The notes under the pieces: generated by a model
What the model was told of the DNA's origin: nothing
Databases searched by the model: none
Seen by the model: the letters and a program-made list of their open reading frames with translations, nothing else
NCBI GenBank assembly: GCA_963733255.1
Contig: CAVTCH010000007.1
Span: 84,839-148,838 of the forward strand
Origin: an uncultured Actinomycetes bacterium
GTDB taxonomy: Bacteria > Actinomycetota > Thermoleophilia > UBA2241
Direction of reading: 5' to 3'
Length of the DNA: 64,000 bases
Part shown: piece after piece, positions 27,872 to 36,503 of the stretch
Position numbering within the stretch: position 1 is the stretch's first letter
How the letters are laid out: each line of letters begins with the position of its first letter
Position numbers and translations under genes: made by a program

Positions 27872-28405
27872 TCAGCCTGCCGACTTCAGGCGGTGGAACG
27901 TCATCGTGCTGAACAACGTCCAGCGGCCGCCGCTGCGCACCCGGCACACATACGAGAAGCTGTCGGCGGTCAGGGCGTGCAGCGCGATCCGGGTGAGGGG
28001 CGCCGGCGTGGCCAGGAGATCGCGGCGGTCGCTCGAGACGGCCCGAAAGACCAGCGTGTTGGGCGGCAGGGTGGACAGCGACGGGGTCGCGATCACGCCC
28101 TGGTAGCGGTCGCCGTGCACGGTGATCTTCAGCGTCGACACCGCCAGGCGAAAGGTCAGGGGGCTGCCGTAGCCTGCCTGGGGGTCGACCGAACGGCCAT
28201 CGTCGGCGGAGTACCGGCCGGCCCAGGCGACGCTCGCACCGGGTGTCGCCGCCGGCGAAGGCGTGGCGACGGCCGCCGGCGAGCTCGCGTCGCAGCCGGC
28301 CGCCACGAGACACACGGCCACGACGCACACCGCCGCCGTCGCAAACGCGGCGGCGCCCGCGCCTCTCGCGGCCACGACGGCCGCTCCGCTTTGCCACAAC
28401 CTCAT
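27872..28405 (-). CDS. hypothetical lipoprotein
   Basis: Signal peptide with lipobox 'LVAAGC'. 65 nt downstream of and co-directional with the serpin gene. No family motif recognised. Confidence 0.6.
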   Translation of the reverse strand: MRLWQSGAAVVAARGAGAAAFATAAVCVVAVCLVAAGCDASSPAAVATPSPAATPGASVAWAGRYSADDGRSVDPQAGYGSPLTFRLAVSTLKITVHGDRYQGVIATPSLSTLPPNTLVFRAVSSDRRDLLATPAPLTRIALHALTADSFSYVCRVRSGGRWTLFSTMTFHRLKSAG

Positions 28406-28470
28406 GACGACAGTATGAGGCCGTCGTGCCGGATCCGGAACCTCGGCGGCGTCCTGCCCGGCGGCCGGCC

Positions 28471-29742
28471 TCAGCTCCGCGGGTCCCTGATCAGCGCCAT
28501 GAAGAGCGGGGCGAGGGTGCGCTTGTCGGTGAGCAGCAGAAGGAACGGGCGGTCGGCACGGATCGTGATGGGGGCGTAGGGCGCGGCGCTCACGCCGACG
28601 ATGGCGGCGGTTGCGGCGGCCGCCTCGACGCCCGTCTCATTGACGTCGAGCACGGCCTTGTGCACGACGCGCTGGATGTAGGCCCGGCCCGGGGTGCCCG
28701 GCGCGACGATGCCCTGCAGCTCGGCCTGCGACGGCGAGAAAGCGGAGACCATGCCCAGGGCCTGCAGCTCGGGCTTCAGGTCGGGGCTCGAGAAGGCGGT
28801 GTGCAGGCGCGGCAGCGCGAGCATGACCTGCGCGGGGCGAGCGCCGCGATACAGCGCGCTCAGGCCGCTGCGTTGAAACTGGGCGAGCAGCGACTCGGGT
28901 GTCCGGCCGGCGCGCGGCACGACCACCCAGGCGGTGACCGGCCCCTTGGTGGCGAGGGCCACGGCGTCGTAGCCCAGCGTCTGGGCTACCGGGCCGCTGA
29001 CCGGCCCGTTCATGGTCGGCACGCTGACGGTGCTGCCGTCGGCCAGGGTGAACGGGGCGGCACGTGTGGAGGCGGCCTCGAACGGCACGCGCCAGTCGGC
29101 CTTGACGTGCACCGTGTTCACGACGGTGAGGATCGTCTGGTCGGTGAAGTAGCCGGGCTGGACGATCTGCTTGATCAGGCCGTTCGTGCGCTGGGCGACC
29201 CAGTCGTTCACGGCGCTCGCCGCCTTCTCGTGGTCGGCCGGCAGGGGCTGCGTGCCGGCGGCATAGAAGGCGCGAGCGGCGTTGAGGAAGGCGGGGTTGA
29301 ACGCCACGCCGTCACGCAGCCAGAGCGAGTCGGCGATCTCGACCGCAGGCTTGTCGCCGGCCTGCACCGAGGCGATGAGGTCGGCCCAGGCCTGGTTCGC
29401 GGCCGGCAGCGTCAAGCCCTCGAGGGCGAGCGCCCGCCGCATCTCGGCCGCCGTGCGTCCGGTGGCGCCGTTCAGCAGCAGTGAGAGCACGGCATGGACC
29501 GACAGCGGTGAGATGACGACGTTGCCGCTGTCGCTGCGCGCCTCGGCGGCCAGCAGGGCGAGCCCGAAGCGGTCGAGCGGTGCGGCCAGCAGAGCCGCCT
29601 GCGCGGTAGCCGTCGCATCGCCACGAGCCGGGTTCAGAGGAGTCGCTGCGGCGCGTGTCGTGGAATGCAGCGCAGCGGCGACCGCGACGGCCGCCGCACA
29701 CGCCGCGACGAGCACGATGGCGATGATGACGATGCGGCGCAC
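28471..29742 (-). CDS. serpin-family protein, inhibitory-type hinge, N-terminal membrane anchor or signal
   Basis: 'ISPLSVHAVLSLLLNGATGRTAAEM', 'VNDWVAQRTNGLIKQIV', 'TVVNTVHVKADW', 'VVHKAVLDVNETGVEAAAATAAIVGVS' (reactive-centre loop), 'DRPFLLLL'. GTG 29742 lies 4 nt after AAGGGAGG and gives 'VRRIVIIAIVLVAACAAAVAVAAA'. The ORF could extend to 29907. Confidence 0.85.
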   Translation of the reverse strand: MRRIVIIAIVLVAACAAAVAVAAALHSTTRAAATPLNPARGDATATAQAALLAAPLDRFGLALLAAEARSDSGNVVISPLSVHAVLSLLLNGATGRTAAEMRRALALEGLTLPAANQAWADLIASVQAGDKPAVEIADSLWLRDGVAFNPAFLNAARAFYAAGTQPLPADHEKAASAVNDWVAQRTNGLIKQIVQPGYFTDQTILTVVNTVHVKADWRVPFEAASTRAAPFTLADGSTVSVPTMNGPVSGPVAQTLGYDAVALATKGPVTAWVVVPRAGRTPESLLAQFQRSGLSALYRGARPAQVMLALPRLHTAFSSPDLKPELQALGMVSAFSPSQAELQGIVAPGTPGRAYIQRVVHKAVLDVNETGVEAAAATAAIVGVSAAPYAPITIRADRPFLLLLTDKRTLAPLFMALIRDPRS

Positions 29743-29795
29743 GGCGCCTCCCTTGCCCGGTGGTCTTGTCTTACGTTGCAAGGGAGAGACGCCGA

Positions 29796-29890
29796 CGTCC
29801 GCTCGACGGTTCGCTGGACCTCCGCCCGACGGTTCGCCGGACGTCCGCTCCGCCGTTCGCCGGTTCCTCGGTCGCGGTTCGCCGGACCGC
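29796..29890. repeat. four direct repeats, period 22-23 bp, core GGTTCGCYGGAC
   Basis: Cores at 29808, 29831, ~29854 (degenerate) and 29876, located 55-150 nt upstream of the proposed serpin start. Confidence 0.75.
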
Positions 29891-29953
29891 GATCCGCCGG
29901 TCGTCAACTGCGCGAATACTTACGTGGCGGGGCGCCGCTCCGCTACATACCGT

Positions 29954-30370
29954 CTAGGCCGCCTGAGGCACGACGAGCAGGGGCATCGTCGCGCGGTGTA
30001 CGAGGTGATACGGGGTAGAGCCGAGCAGCAGGCCGGTCAGCTGTGACTCGCCGCGCGTGCCCACGGCGATGATGTCCGCCCCGGTGCGCTCGGCGACCTT
30101 CAGCAGCGCCTCCGCCGGACGCTCGTTTTCGAGGACCGCTTCGGCCGGCACGCCTCTCTCGCGGGCCACCTGCAAGGCCTCTTCGGTGACCTTCCTGCCC
30201 AGTGCCACGATGTTCTCCGGCGGCACGAGCGAGGATGCCCCTATGCGCGGCGGTGCGTCGGCATAGGTGATGATCACTCTGCCCCCGGGGCCGGCGAGCC
30301 CGAGCGCCTGATCGAGCGCCGCCTTGGCGCAGACCGAACCGTCGTATCCGACAACGATAGTCAAGCCCAT
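29954..30370 (-). CDS. universal stress protein (UspA family)
   Basis: ATG 30370 after GGAGAAG. 'IVVGYDGS', 'ADIIAVGTRGESQLTGLLLGSTPYHLVHRATMPLLVV'. Confidence 0.85.
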   Translation of the reverse strand: MGLTIVVGYDGSVCAKAALDQALGLAGPGGRVIITYADAPPRIGASSLVPPENIVALGRKVTEEALQVARERGVPAEAVLENERPAEALLKVAERTGADIIAVGTRGESQLTGLLLGSTPYHLVHRATMPLLVVPQAA

Positions 30371-30654
30371 CGTCTTCTCCTTCAACCTCACGGCACGCAT
30401 CGGCGTCGGTGACCGGATGCTCCGCGGCGTACTCCCGCCACGGCGGCCGGCATGCCGCCTACGGCCTCGCTTGCGAGGTCCTGCCGGCCTAGCTATCCCC
30501 CTGCGTCGCGGCGGGAAACCGCGTTTGAGCGACTCGGGTCGCTCCGTGCTAAGCTTGCCAGGGGAGGGCCCTTTCGCCGCGAGCGGCGCCGGTCAGACAC
30601 GGGTCGTCCCGGGTCGACGCAAGTCGAGGGACCGCCGACAGAGGGAGAGGGACC

Positions 30655-32232
30655 GTGAAGCACGCTCGTCGGGTCTTGCTCATCGCCGCCGCGCTGACCG
30701 TCGCGGCGAGTGCCGCCGCCGTGGCGAGCGCCGCCGGTGTCACGAGCGCCACCGCGACGAGCACTGTCGCCGCGCGCGTCGGCTGGACGGCGCACCGGGC
30801 AAGTTCGAACGCTCCCCTGCTGTCGGTCGCCACCGCCGGTACGGCGCAAGCCTGGGCGGTCGGCCCCGGCCCGACCATCGTGGCTACCACCGACGGCGGC
30901 GCCACATGGGCCTCGGAAGCGCCCGCGACCACGAACGACCTCTACGGCGTCACCTTCGCCGACGCCGCCGACGGCTGGGCCGTCGGTCCCGCCGGCACTG
31001 TGGTCGCCACCACCGACGGCGGCACGACGTGGGCGCCGCAGAGCGTCCCGACGTCGCAGACGCTGATCAGTGCGGCCAGTCGCGGCCAGAGCGTGTGGGT
31101 CGTGGGCTCCGGCGGCACCATCCTGGCCACCACCGACGGCGGCGTCACCTGGTCCGCTCAGAGTGCGCCGCGCGGGCAAGACCTGTTCTCTGTGACCTTC
31201 GCCGACGCAAGCCACGGCTGGGCTGTGGGCGACGGCGGCACCATCCTGGCCACCACCGACGCCGGCGCCGTCTGGACCGTTCAGAAGTCGCCGACCGCGG
31301 ACTACCTGAACGGTGTGACCTGTCAGGGCGCCGATCGCGCCTGGGCGGTCGGTGAGAACGGCGTCGTCCTTGCCACGAGCGACGGCGGCGCGCACTGGCT
31401 GGTCCGCCGGGCGCCCCACGCCCACGCGCCCGACCTCTACACGGTCGACTTCGCGTCAGGGAGCCACGGCTGGGCGGTCGGGCTCGGCGGTCTGATCCTG
31501 GCGACGACCGACTACGGCCGGACGTGGCGCGCGCAGGGCTCGCCTTCGAACCGGGTCTTCACCTCGGTCGACTTCGCCGACCCGCTTCACGGGTTCGTCA
31601 CCGAGATCACCGGCGCGGTGCTGACCACCACGACGGGGGGATGGTCCGACAGGCTGCCGCCGACCGTCTCCGCCGCCGGCGTCGCGGGCTGGCACAGTCG
31701 CACCGTGCATGTTCGGCTGCAGGCGACCGACGGGCAGGGTTCGGGCGTGGCGACGGTGCAGTATTCGTTCGACCACCGCAAGACCTGGACGACGGGGCTC
31801 GCGTTCACGGTCGCGACGCCGGCCGATCACAGTGCCGACGGCAGTCACGCGTTCTGGGCCCGCGCCGTAGACAACGCCGGCAACGTCGCGCCTGCCCGTG
31901 TCTTTCACGTGCGCATCGACACGCGCCGCCCGGCGACGAAGGCCCTGTGGGCGGCCAGGGCGGTCAGCGGCCGGCCGGCGACCCTTTCGTATGTCGTGAC
32001 AGATCCGCGCCCCGGCAGTCCGACGGCGACGGTCACGATCACCGTGCAAACGGCCTCCGGCCGGACTGTGAAGACGCTCAGGTTCGGCGGGCAGCCGGTG
32101 GGCCAGAAGCTGACCTGCCGGTTCCGCTGCACGCTGGCCGCGGGGCACTACCGCTTCTTCGTGGCGGCGACCGACGCGGCCGGCAACCGGGCCGCCGTCG
32201 CGGCCGGCAATCGCCTTACGGTCCTGCCGTAG
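30655..32232 (+). CDS. secreted BNR/Ycf48-like beta-propeller protein with the same two C-terminal beta-sandwich modules as the G1 peptidase
   Basis: Signal peptide. At least seven repeats of 'G.ILATTDGG.TW' type. C-terminal 'GVATVQYSFDHRKTW...VDNAGNV' plus a FlgD-Ig-like module containing 'DPRPGSPTATVTI', identical to 9453..10982. Confidence 0.8.
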   Translation: MKHARRVLLIAAALTVAASAAAVASAAGVTSATATSTVAARVGWTAHRASSNAPLLSVATAGTAQAWAVGPGPTIVATTDGGATWASEAPATTNDLYGVTFADAADGWAVGPAGTVVATTDGGTTWAPQSVPTSQTLISAASRGQSVWVVGSGGTILATTDGGVTWSAQSAPRGQDLFSVTFADASHGWAVGDGGTILATTDAGAVWTVQKSPTADYLNGVTCQGADRAWAVGENGVVLATSDGGAHWLVRRAPHAHAPDLYTVDFASGSHGWAVGLGGLILATTDYGRTWRAQGSPSNRVFTSVDFADPLHGFVTEITGAVLTTTTGGWSDRLPPTVSAAGVAGWHSRTVHVRLQATDGQGSGVATVQYSFDHRKTWTTGLAFTVATPADHSADGSHAFWARAVDNAGNVAPARVFHVRIDTRRPATKALWAARAVSGRPATLSYVVTDPRPGSPTATVTITVQTASGRTVKTLRFGGQPVGQKLTCRFRCTLAAGHYRFFVAATDAAGNRAAVAAGNRLTVLP

Positions 32233-32352
32233 CCGATGGGCCCGGCGCGCCCGATGTGCGCGCCCGCGGAATGGGAAACCTCGCGGTCGGTGGGCCTCTG
32301 GACGACGCCCCGCAGGTGCATAGAATAGGTGTGTCGACGAGGACTGGTGTCC

Positions 32353-32532
32353 ATGCCCGAGTACAAGTTTGTCTGCAACGAGTGCGGCAACACGTTCCAC
32401 GGGCTGACGTCACACATCGGTGACGAGATGTGTCCGGCCTGTGGCGGCTTCGACATCGAGCTCGTGCCGGCTCTCCCCGGCGAGTCGGCGCAGGCCGGCG
32501 AGCCACGGGACGCGTCCGACACAGACGCGTAG
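32353..32532 (+). CDS. FmdB-family zinc-ribbon protein
   Basis: 'MPEYKFVCNECGNTF......CPACGG' (CxxC...CxxC) with an acidic tail. Confidence 0.7.
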   Translation: MPEYKFVCNECGNTFHGLTSHIGDEMCPACGGFDIELVPALPGESAQAGEPRDASDTDA

Positions 32533-32640
32533 CCGCTCCGGCCGAACAGCCGTGGCCGGGCGACGCGCTACGGCGCGGGCGCCTAGGCCGTGCCTGTCGC
32601 GTGAAGGCCTTGCATCAGGGCCCGAAAGGAGAACGGCCGT

Positions 32641-33222
32641 ATGTCAGGCTTACGTGAACGCAAGAAAGCCAGGACTCACGCCGCCATCCAGGAACACGCC
32701 ATGCGGCTCTTCGCCGAGCAGGGCTACGAGGCGACCACCGTCGAACAGATCGCCGCGGCGGCCGACGTCTCGCCCAGCACGCTCTTTCGCTACTTCCCGA
32801 CCAAAGAGGACATCGTCCTGCACGATGCCCTCGACCCTCTCCTCATGGCCGCTTTCGGCGAACAGCCGTCGGAGCTCTCCCCGATCCAGGCGTTTCGCGC
32901 CTCGATGACCGCCGTCTTCGATGGCCTGACGCCCGCCGAGCTCGAACTGGAGCGCGAGCGCCAGGACCTGATCCTCGGGGTCCCCGAACTGCGCGCGCGC
33001 ATGCTCGACGACCTTGCCGGCACGATCAAGGAGGTCGCCGACGTGCTTGCCGAGAGGCTGGGGAGGTCACCCGACGAGCTGGCGGTGAGAGCCTACGCGG
33101 GAGCCGTCATCGGAGCCGGCATCGCGGTCTGGCTCACCGCCGACCAGAGCGGCTCCATGCTCGACGTCATGAAAGAGTTCGACGCGGCCATGGTCTTCCT
33201 CGACGGCGGGTTGCACCTGTAA
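32641..33222 (+). CDS. TetR-family transcriptional regulator
   Basis: 'RERKKARTHAAIQEHAMRLFAEQGYEATTVEQIAAAADVSPSTLFRYFPTKEDIV'. Confidence 0.9.
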   Translation: MSGLRERKKARTHAAIQEHAMRLFAEQGYEATTVEQIAAAADVSPSTLFRYFPTKEDIVLHDALDPLLMAAFGEQPSELSPIQAFRASMTAVFDGLTPAELELERERQDLILGVPELRARMLDDLAGTIKEVADVLAERLGRSPDELAVRAYAGAVIGAGIAVWLTADQSGSMLDVMKEFDAAMVFLDGGLHL

Positions 33223-33253
33223 CGCGCCCTTCGGCAGCCCGGGCTCTTCGCCG

Positions 33254-36200
33254 TCAATCCGGTGGTGCTACCGTGACGGTCACCGGCACCGAGCCCAGGT
33301 TGTCGCCGCCTTCGGTCTGGGTCCCGTCGGCGACCGTCCAGAAGCGCAGCGTGCCGGTGAGCACGTCGCCGGGCTGGGCATCGGCCGGCACGTCGATCGA
33401 CACGTGGATCGTGCCGGTGCCGCCGGGGGCGACCACGACCGGGGCGTCGGCCGTGCCGGACGCCGTGAATCCGTCGATCGCCGTTGGTGCCTCGTAGCTG
33501 ACATCGACCGTGTAGTCGGCATCAGCCGGCGGCAGGGCCGGGTTGCCGTAACCCAGGATGAGGGTCCACAGCCCGGCCATCGGGCTGGCCAGGACGACCG
33601 CATTTCCCGTGCTCGTCGAGGCGAGGCTCTCGGCCTTGTCGGTCTGGCTGGGGTCGTACAGACCCAGGTCGACCAGCGTGTTCGGGTCGGAGCTCGTCCA
33701 GGTCGCCTGGGCGGTGACCAGGGCGACGTTCTGCGGCAGGGTGAAGGTGAGGATGGGGGAGACGCCGTCGATCGTGCCGGTGAGCGTGCCGGTCAGCGGG
33801 CCGAGTGCGACGTCGTCGTACAGAGGCGCCCCTGCGCTCGTCGCCTGGCTTTCGGCGTACGCCGACAGAGCGGTGGCGCCGCCGTCGGTGACGGTGAAGG
33901 CGGCGCTCGCCGTGCCTCCGGCCGGCACCGCGGCCGTCCAGCTCGCCGGCGCCACTGCGGGTGTGTTGAAGACGACCGAGCCGCTGTAGTGCTCGGCAAA
34001 CGAGTTGCCGTTGAAGCCGGCAGCCCACACCAGGACCTGCCATTTGCCCGGCTGCGGCGCATCCCAGATCACCTGCTCGGCAGTGTGGGTGAGGGCATCG
34101 TCGGGCACGGTGAACGACGTGTAGTCGGGATACCAGACGAGGTCGCCGCCTTTGGCGTCGCGGAGGTCGCCGTTCGGGTCGATCAGGTAGAGGTCGACCA
34201 GGTTGCCGGCGTCGGGCCAGTGCAGCGAGGCCGTGATCGAGCTCGTGCCCTTGGGCACCTGTACGTCGTAGAAGTAGAACTCGCCGCCCGAGTATTCGGC
34301 GGTCGAGCCCGTGATCGTGCCGCTGAAGCTGCCGACTCCGTGCGTCACCTTGACCGGCACGCGGACGGCGACGGGGATGGTCGTGGTCGTGACGCCGTTG
34401 CCGATCGCGATGCCGCCGAACGAGGTCCCGGCCGCCTGCGGGGCGGTGACGGTGGCCCTGACCCGAGTCGACGCTCCAGGCTCGATCGTGACGCTCTTGC
34501 GCGACAAGGTGATCGACCTGGCGCTCACCCGATGCATGAAGCTGATCGAGACGTGCACGATCTGGGGGGTGCTCGGCTCCAGGCCGCTGGTCGGCTCGAT
34601 GTGGATCCTCCACGGCTTGTGCTTCACCAGGGCGGGCCGCTGACCTGCCGGCCCGCGCAGCGCGATCTGGTCGAACGACAGGTGACCGTAGCCGCCGTCG
34701 GTCTCGCCGTATGACACGAAGTTGCCATTAGAGTCGTATACGTTGCTCTCCAGCGAGACCGTGGGCCCGGACGACCACGTGACCCGGGCTTGAACGAAGT
34801 CGGTGCCGGCCGGCACAGTGAAGCTCTGGGTGTCGGTGTACCCGGGACCGGTCAGGGTGATGGGGGCGTAGGTGATCGTCTTGAAGGTAGCGAAGGTCGT
34901 CGGCTTGAGGGTGACGCGCTCGATCTTCGCGCCCGTGTTCGTGATGACGATGGTCGTCGTCGCCCTGGCGCCTCCGGCAACCCTGGCCGACCAGCTCGAG
35001 GGATCCTTGGGGTCGGCCCTGACCGAGGCCAGGAACGACTCGCCCTGACGGAGGACCTCACGCACGGCGGCGGCGGCGTTGACGAGGCCGCTGCTCTGGT
35101 CGAGAGCGGGGTAGCCGAGGTTGGTGGCTGTGCTGGCCAGCAGGTTCTTCCAGTACGACGGCGCCGGGAGGCTATGGCCGGGATGCTTCATCTTCCAGGC
35201 CGATTCGGCCAGCGCCAGGTCGCCGGCGACCACAGGGCAAGCCATGCTCGTGCCGCCGAAGTACTGCACGCTGGGGTCGTCTTCGTCGTTCACGGGGGCC
35301 AGGGCCCAGCCCCAGGCGCCGAAGCCCATGATGTCGGGTCTGAAGTCGCCCCGCGAGTTGGGTCCGCGGCTGGACCAGGTGATGACCTGGTCACCCTTGT
35401 AGGCGTTGCCGTGCGCCCGATAGCTCATCTGCGAGTCGGCCCGCCAGCCCGTCGTCGCGCCGACGGCGAGCACGTTCTTGAGGTCGGGGGCGGAACCCTC
35501 GGTGCCTTGGCCGGGCCCGTCGTTGCCCTCGGAGTTGACCACGGTGATGCCGTGGTCGATCGCGGCCTGGAAGGCCAGGGCCGACGGGTCGGCGCCGTTC
35601 GGGGGGATGTACGTGGTGCCGAGGCTGCACGAGATGATGTCGACCTTCTGCTCGATCAGCCACTCGATGCCGCGCATGATGTTGGAGTCCCAGCCGCCGT
35701 CTTCGTCGATCACCTTGGCCATGTAGACCTTCGCCCGGGGGGCCATCCCCTCGATGCGCATGGTCGTGCCTGTGATGTCGTTGTAGACCGGTTTGCCCTG
35801 AGCCACCACGCAGCCCGAGGTCGCGGTGCCGTGCCCGTAGTTGTCCTGCAGCCCGTCGCCGGTGAAGTCGCGGTCGCCGCCGATGGCGGCGGTCAGGTCG
35901 GGATGGGTCGTATCGATGCCGGTGTCGAGCAGGCCCACGCGGATGCCCTGGCCCATCACGTGCTGGCCTTTGACCTTGAGCGACCAGGCATCCTGCGCGT
36001 GGGTGAGCTGCAGGGCTTCGGATTCGAGGGGGGCCGCCGCCGTGGTGTCGCCGGCCTTGGCGGCGCCCCTGACTAGGCTTCTGCCCACGTCAGGGTCCTT
36101 GGGAGCGGGCACCTTGTGGTCGGCCACGACGTTGCGCACGTTGCCGTCCTTGATCAGGGCCTGCAGCGTGGACTGCGACACGGTGGCCGCCACGGCGGAG

Positions 36201-36406
36201 AAGAAGCGGTAGCGATAGACGCCCGCCGCGTGGCCGCGGGCGAGCCTGCCGACCACCTCGCCGGCGTTGGCCCCGGGCTTGAGGACAACGATCACCTTGA
36301 TCGTCGGTCTGTCGGACGACGTGGCCGCTCGCGCCCGCATGACGCCGCCGAGAAGCGACGCGGTAACGACGCAGAGCACCATAAGGACGAAGATGCGACG
36401 TTTCAT
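33254..36406 (-). CDS. secreted S8 subtilisin-like serine peptidase (~1050 aa) with an I9-like propeptide and a long multi-beta-sandwich C-terminal region
   Basis: ATG 36406 and a signal peptide. Asp 'VGLLDTGID', His 'YGHGTATSG', Ser 'GGTSMACPVVAG'. About 650 aa follow the catalytic Ser. Confidence 0.9.
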   Translation of the reverse strand: MKRRIFVLMVLCVVTASLLGGVMRARAATSSDRPTIKVIVVLKPGANAGEVVGRLARGHAAGVYRYRFFSAVAATVSQSTLQALIKDGNVRNVVADHKVPAPKDPDVGRSLVRGAAKAGDTTAAAPLESEALQLTHAQDAWSLKVKGQHVMGQGIRVGLLDTGIDTTHPDLTAAIGGDRDFTGDGLQDNYGHGTATSGCVVAQGKPVYNDITGTTMRIEGMAPRAKVYMAKVIDEDGGWDSNIMRGIEWLIEQKVDIISCSLGTTYIPPNGADPSALAFQAAIDHGITVVNSEGNDGPGQGTEGSAPDLKNVLAVGATTGWRADSQMSYRAHGNAYKGDQVITWSSRGPNSRGDFRPDIMGFGAWGWALAPVNDEDDPSVQYFGGTSMACPVVAGDLALAESAWKMKHPGHSLPAPSYWKNLLASTATNLGYPALDQSSGLVNAAAAVREVLRQGESFLASVRADPKDPSSWSARVAGGARATTTIVITNTGAKIERVTLKPTTFATFKTITYAPITLTGPGYTDTQSFTVPAGTDFVQARVTWSSGPTVSLESNVYDSNGNFVSYGETDGGYGHLSFDQIALRGPAGQRPALVKHKPWRIHIEPTSGLEPSTPQIVHVSISFMHRVSARSITLSRKSVTIEPGASTRVRATVTAPQAAGTSFGGIAIGNGVTTTTIPVAVRVPVKVTHGVGSFSGTITGSTAEYSGGEFYFYDVQVPKGTSSITASLHWPDAGNLVDLYLIDPNGDLRDAKGGDLVWYPDYTSFTVPDDALTHTAEQVIWDAPQPGKWQVLVWAAGFNGNSFAEHYSGSVVFNTPAVAPASWTAAVPAGGTASAAFTVTDGGATALSAYAESQATSAGAPLYDDVALGPLTGTLTGTIDGVSPILTFTLPQNVALVTAQATWTSSDPNTLVDLGLYDPSQTDKAESLASTSTGNAVVLASPMAGLWTLILGYGNPALPPADADYTVDVSYEAPTAIDGFTASGTADAPVVVAPGGTGTIHVSIDVPADAQPGDVLTGTLRFWTVADGTQTEGGDNLGSVPVTVTVAPPD

Positions 36407-36503
36407 GGTCCCCCCGGCCCGTGGATCCCCTATAAGCACGTCCTGTTATAGAGGACGAGGCGGCGCGGCCGCAAGCGTGTGCTCCGGCGCCGTCCCCCGC
36501 GCG

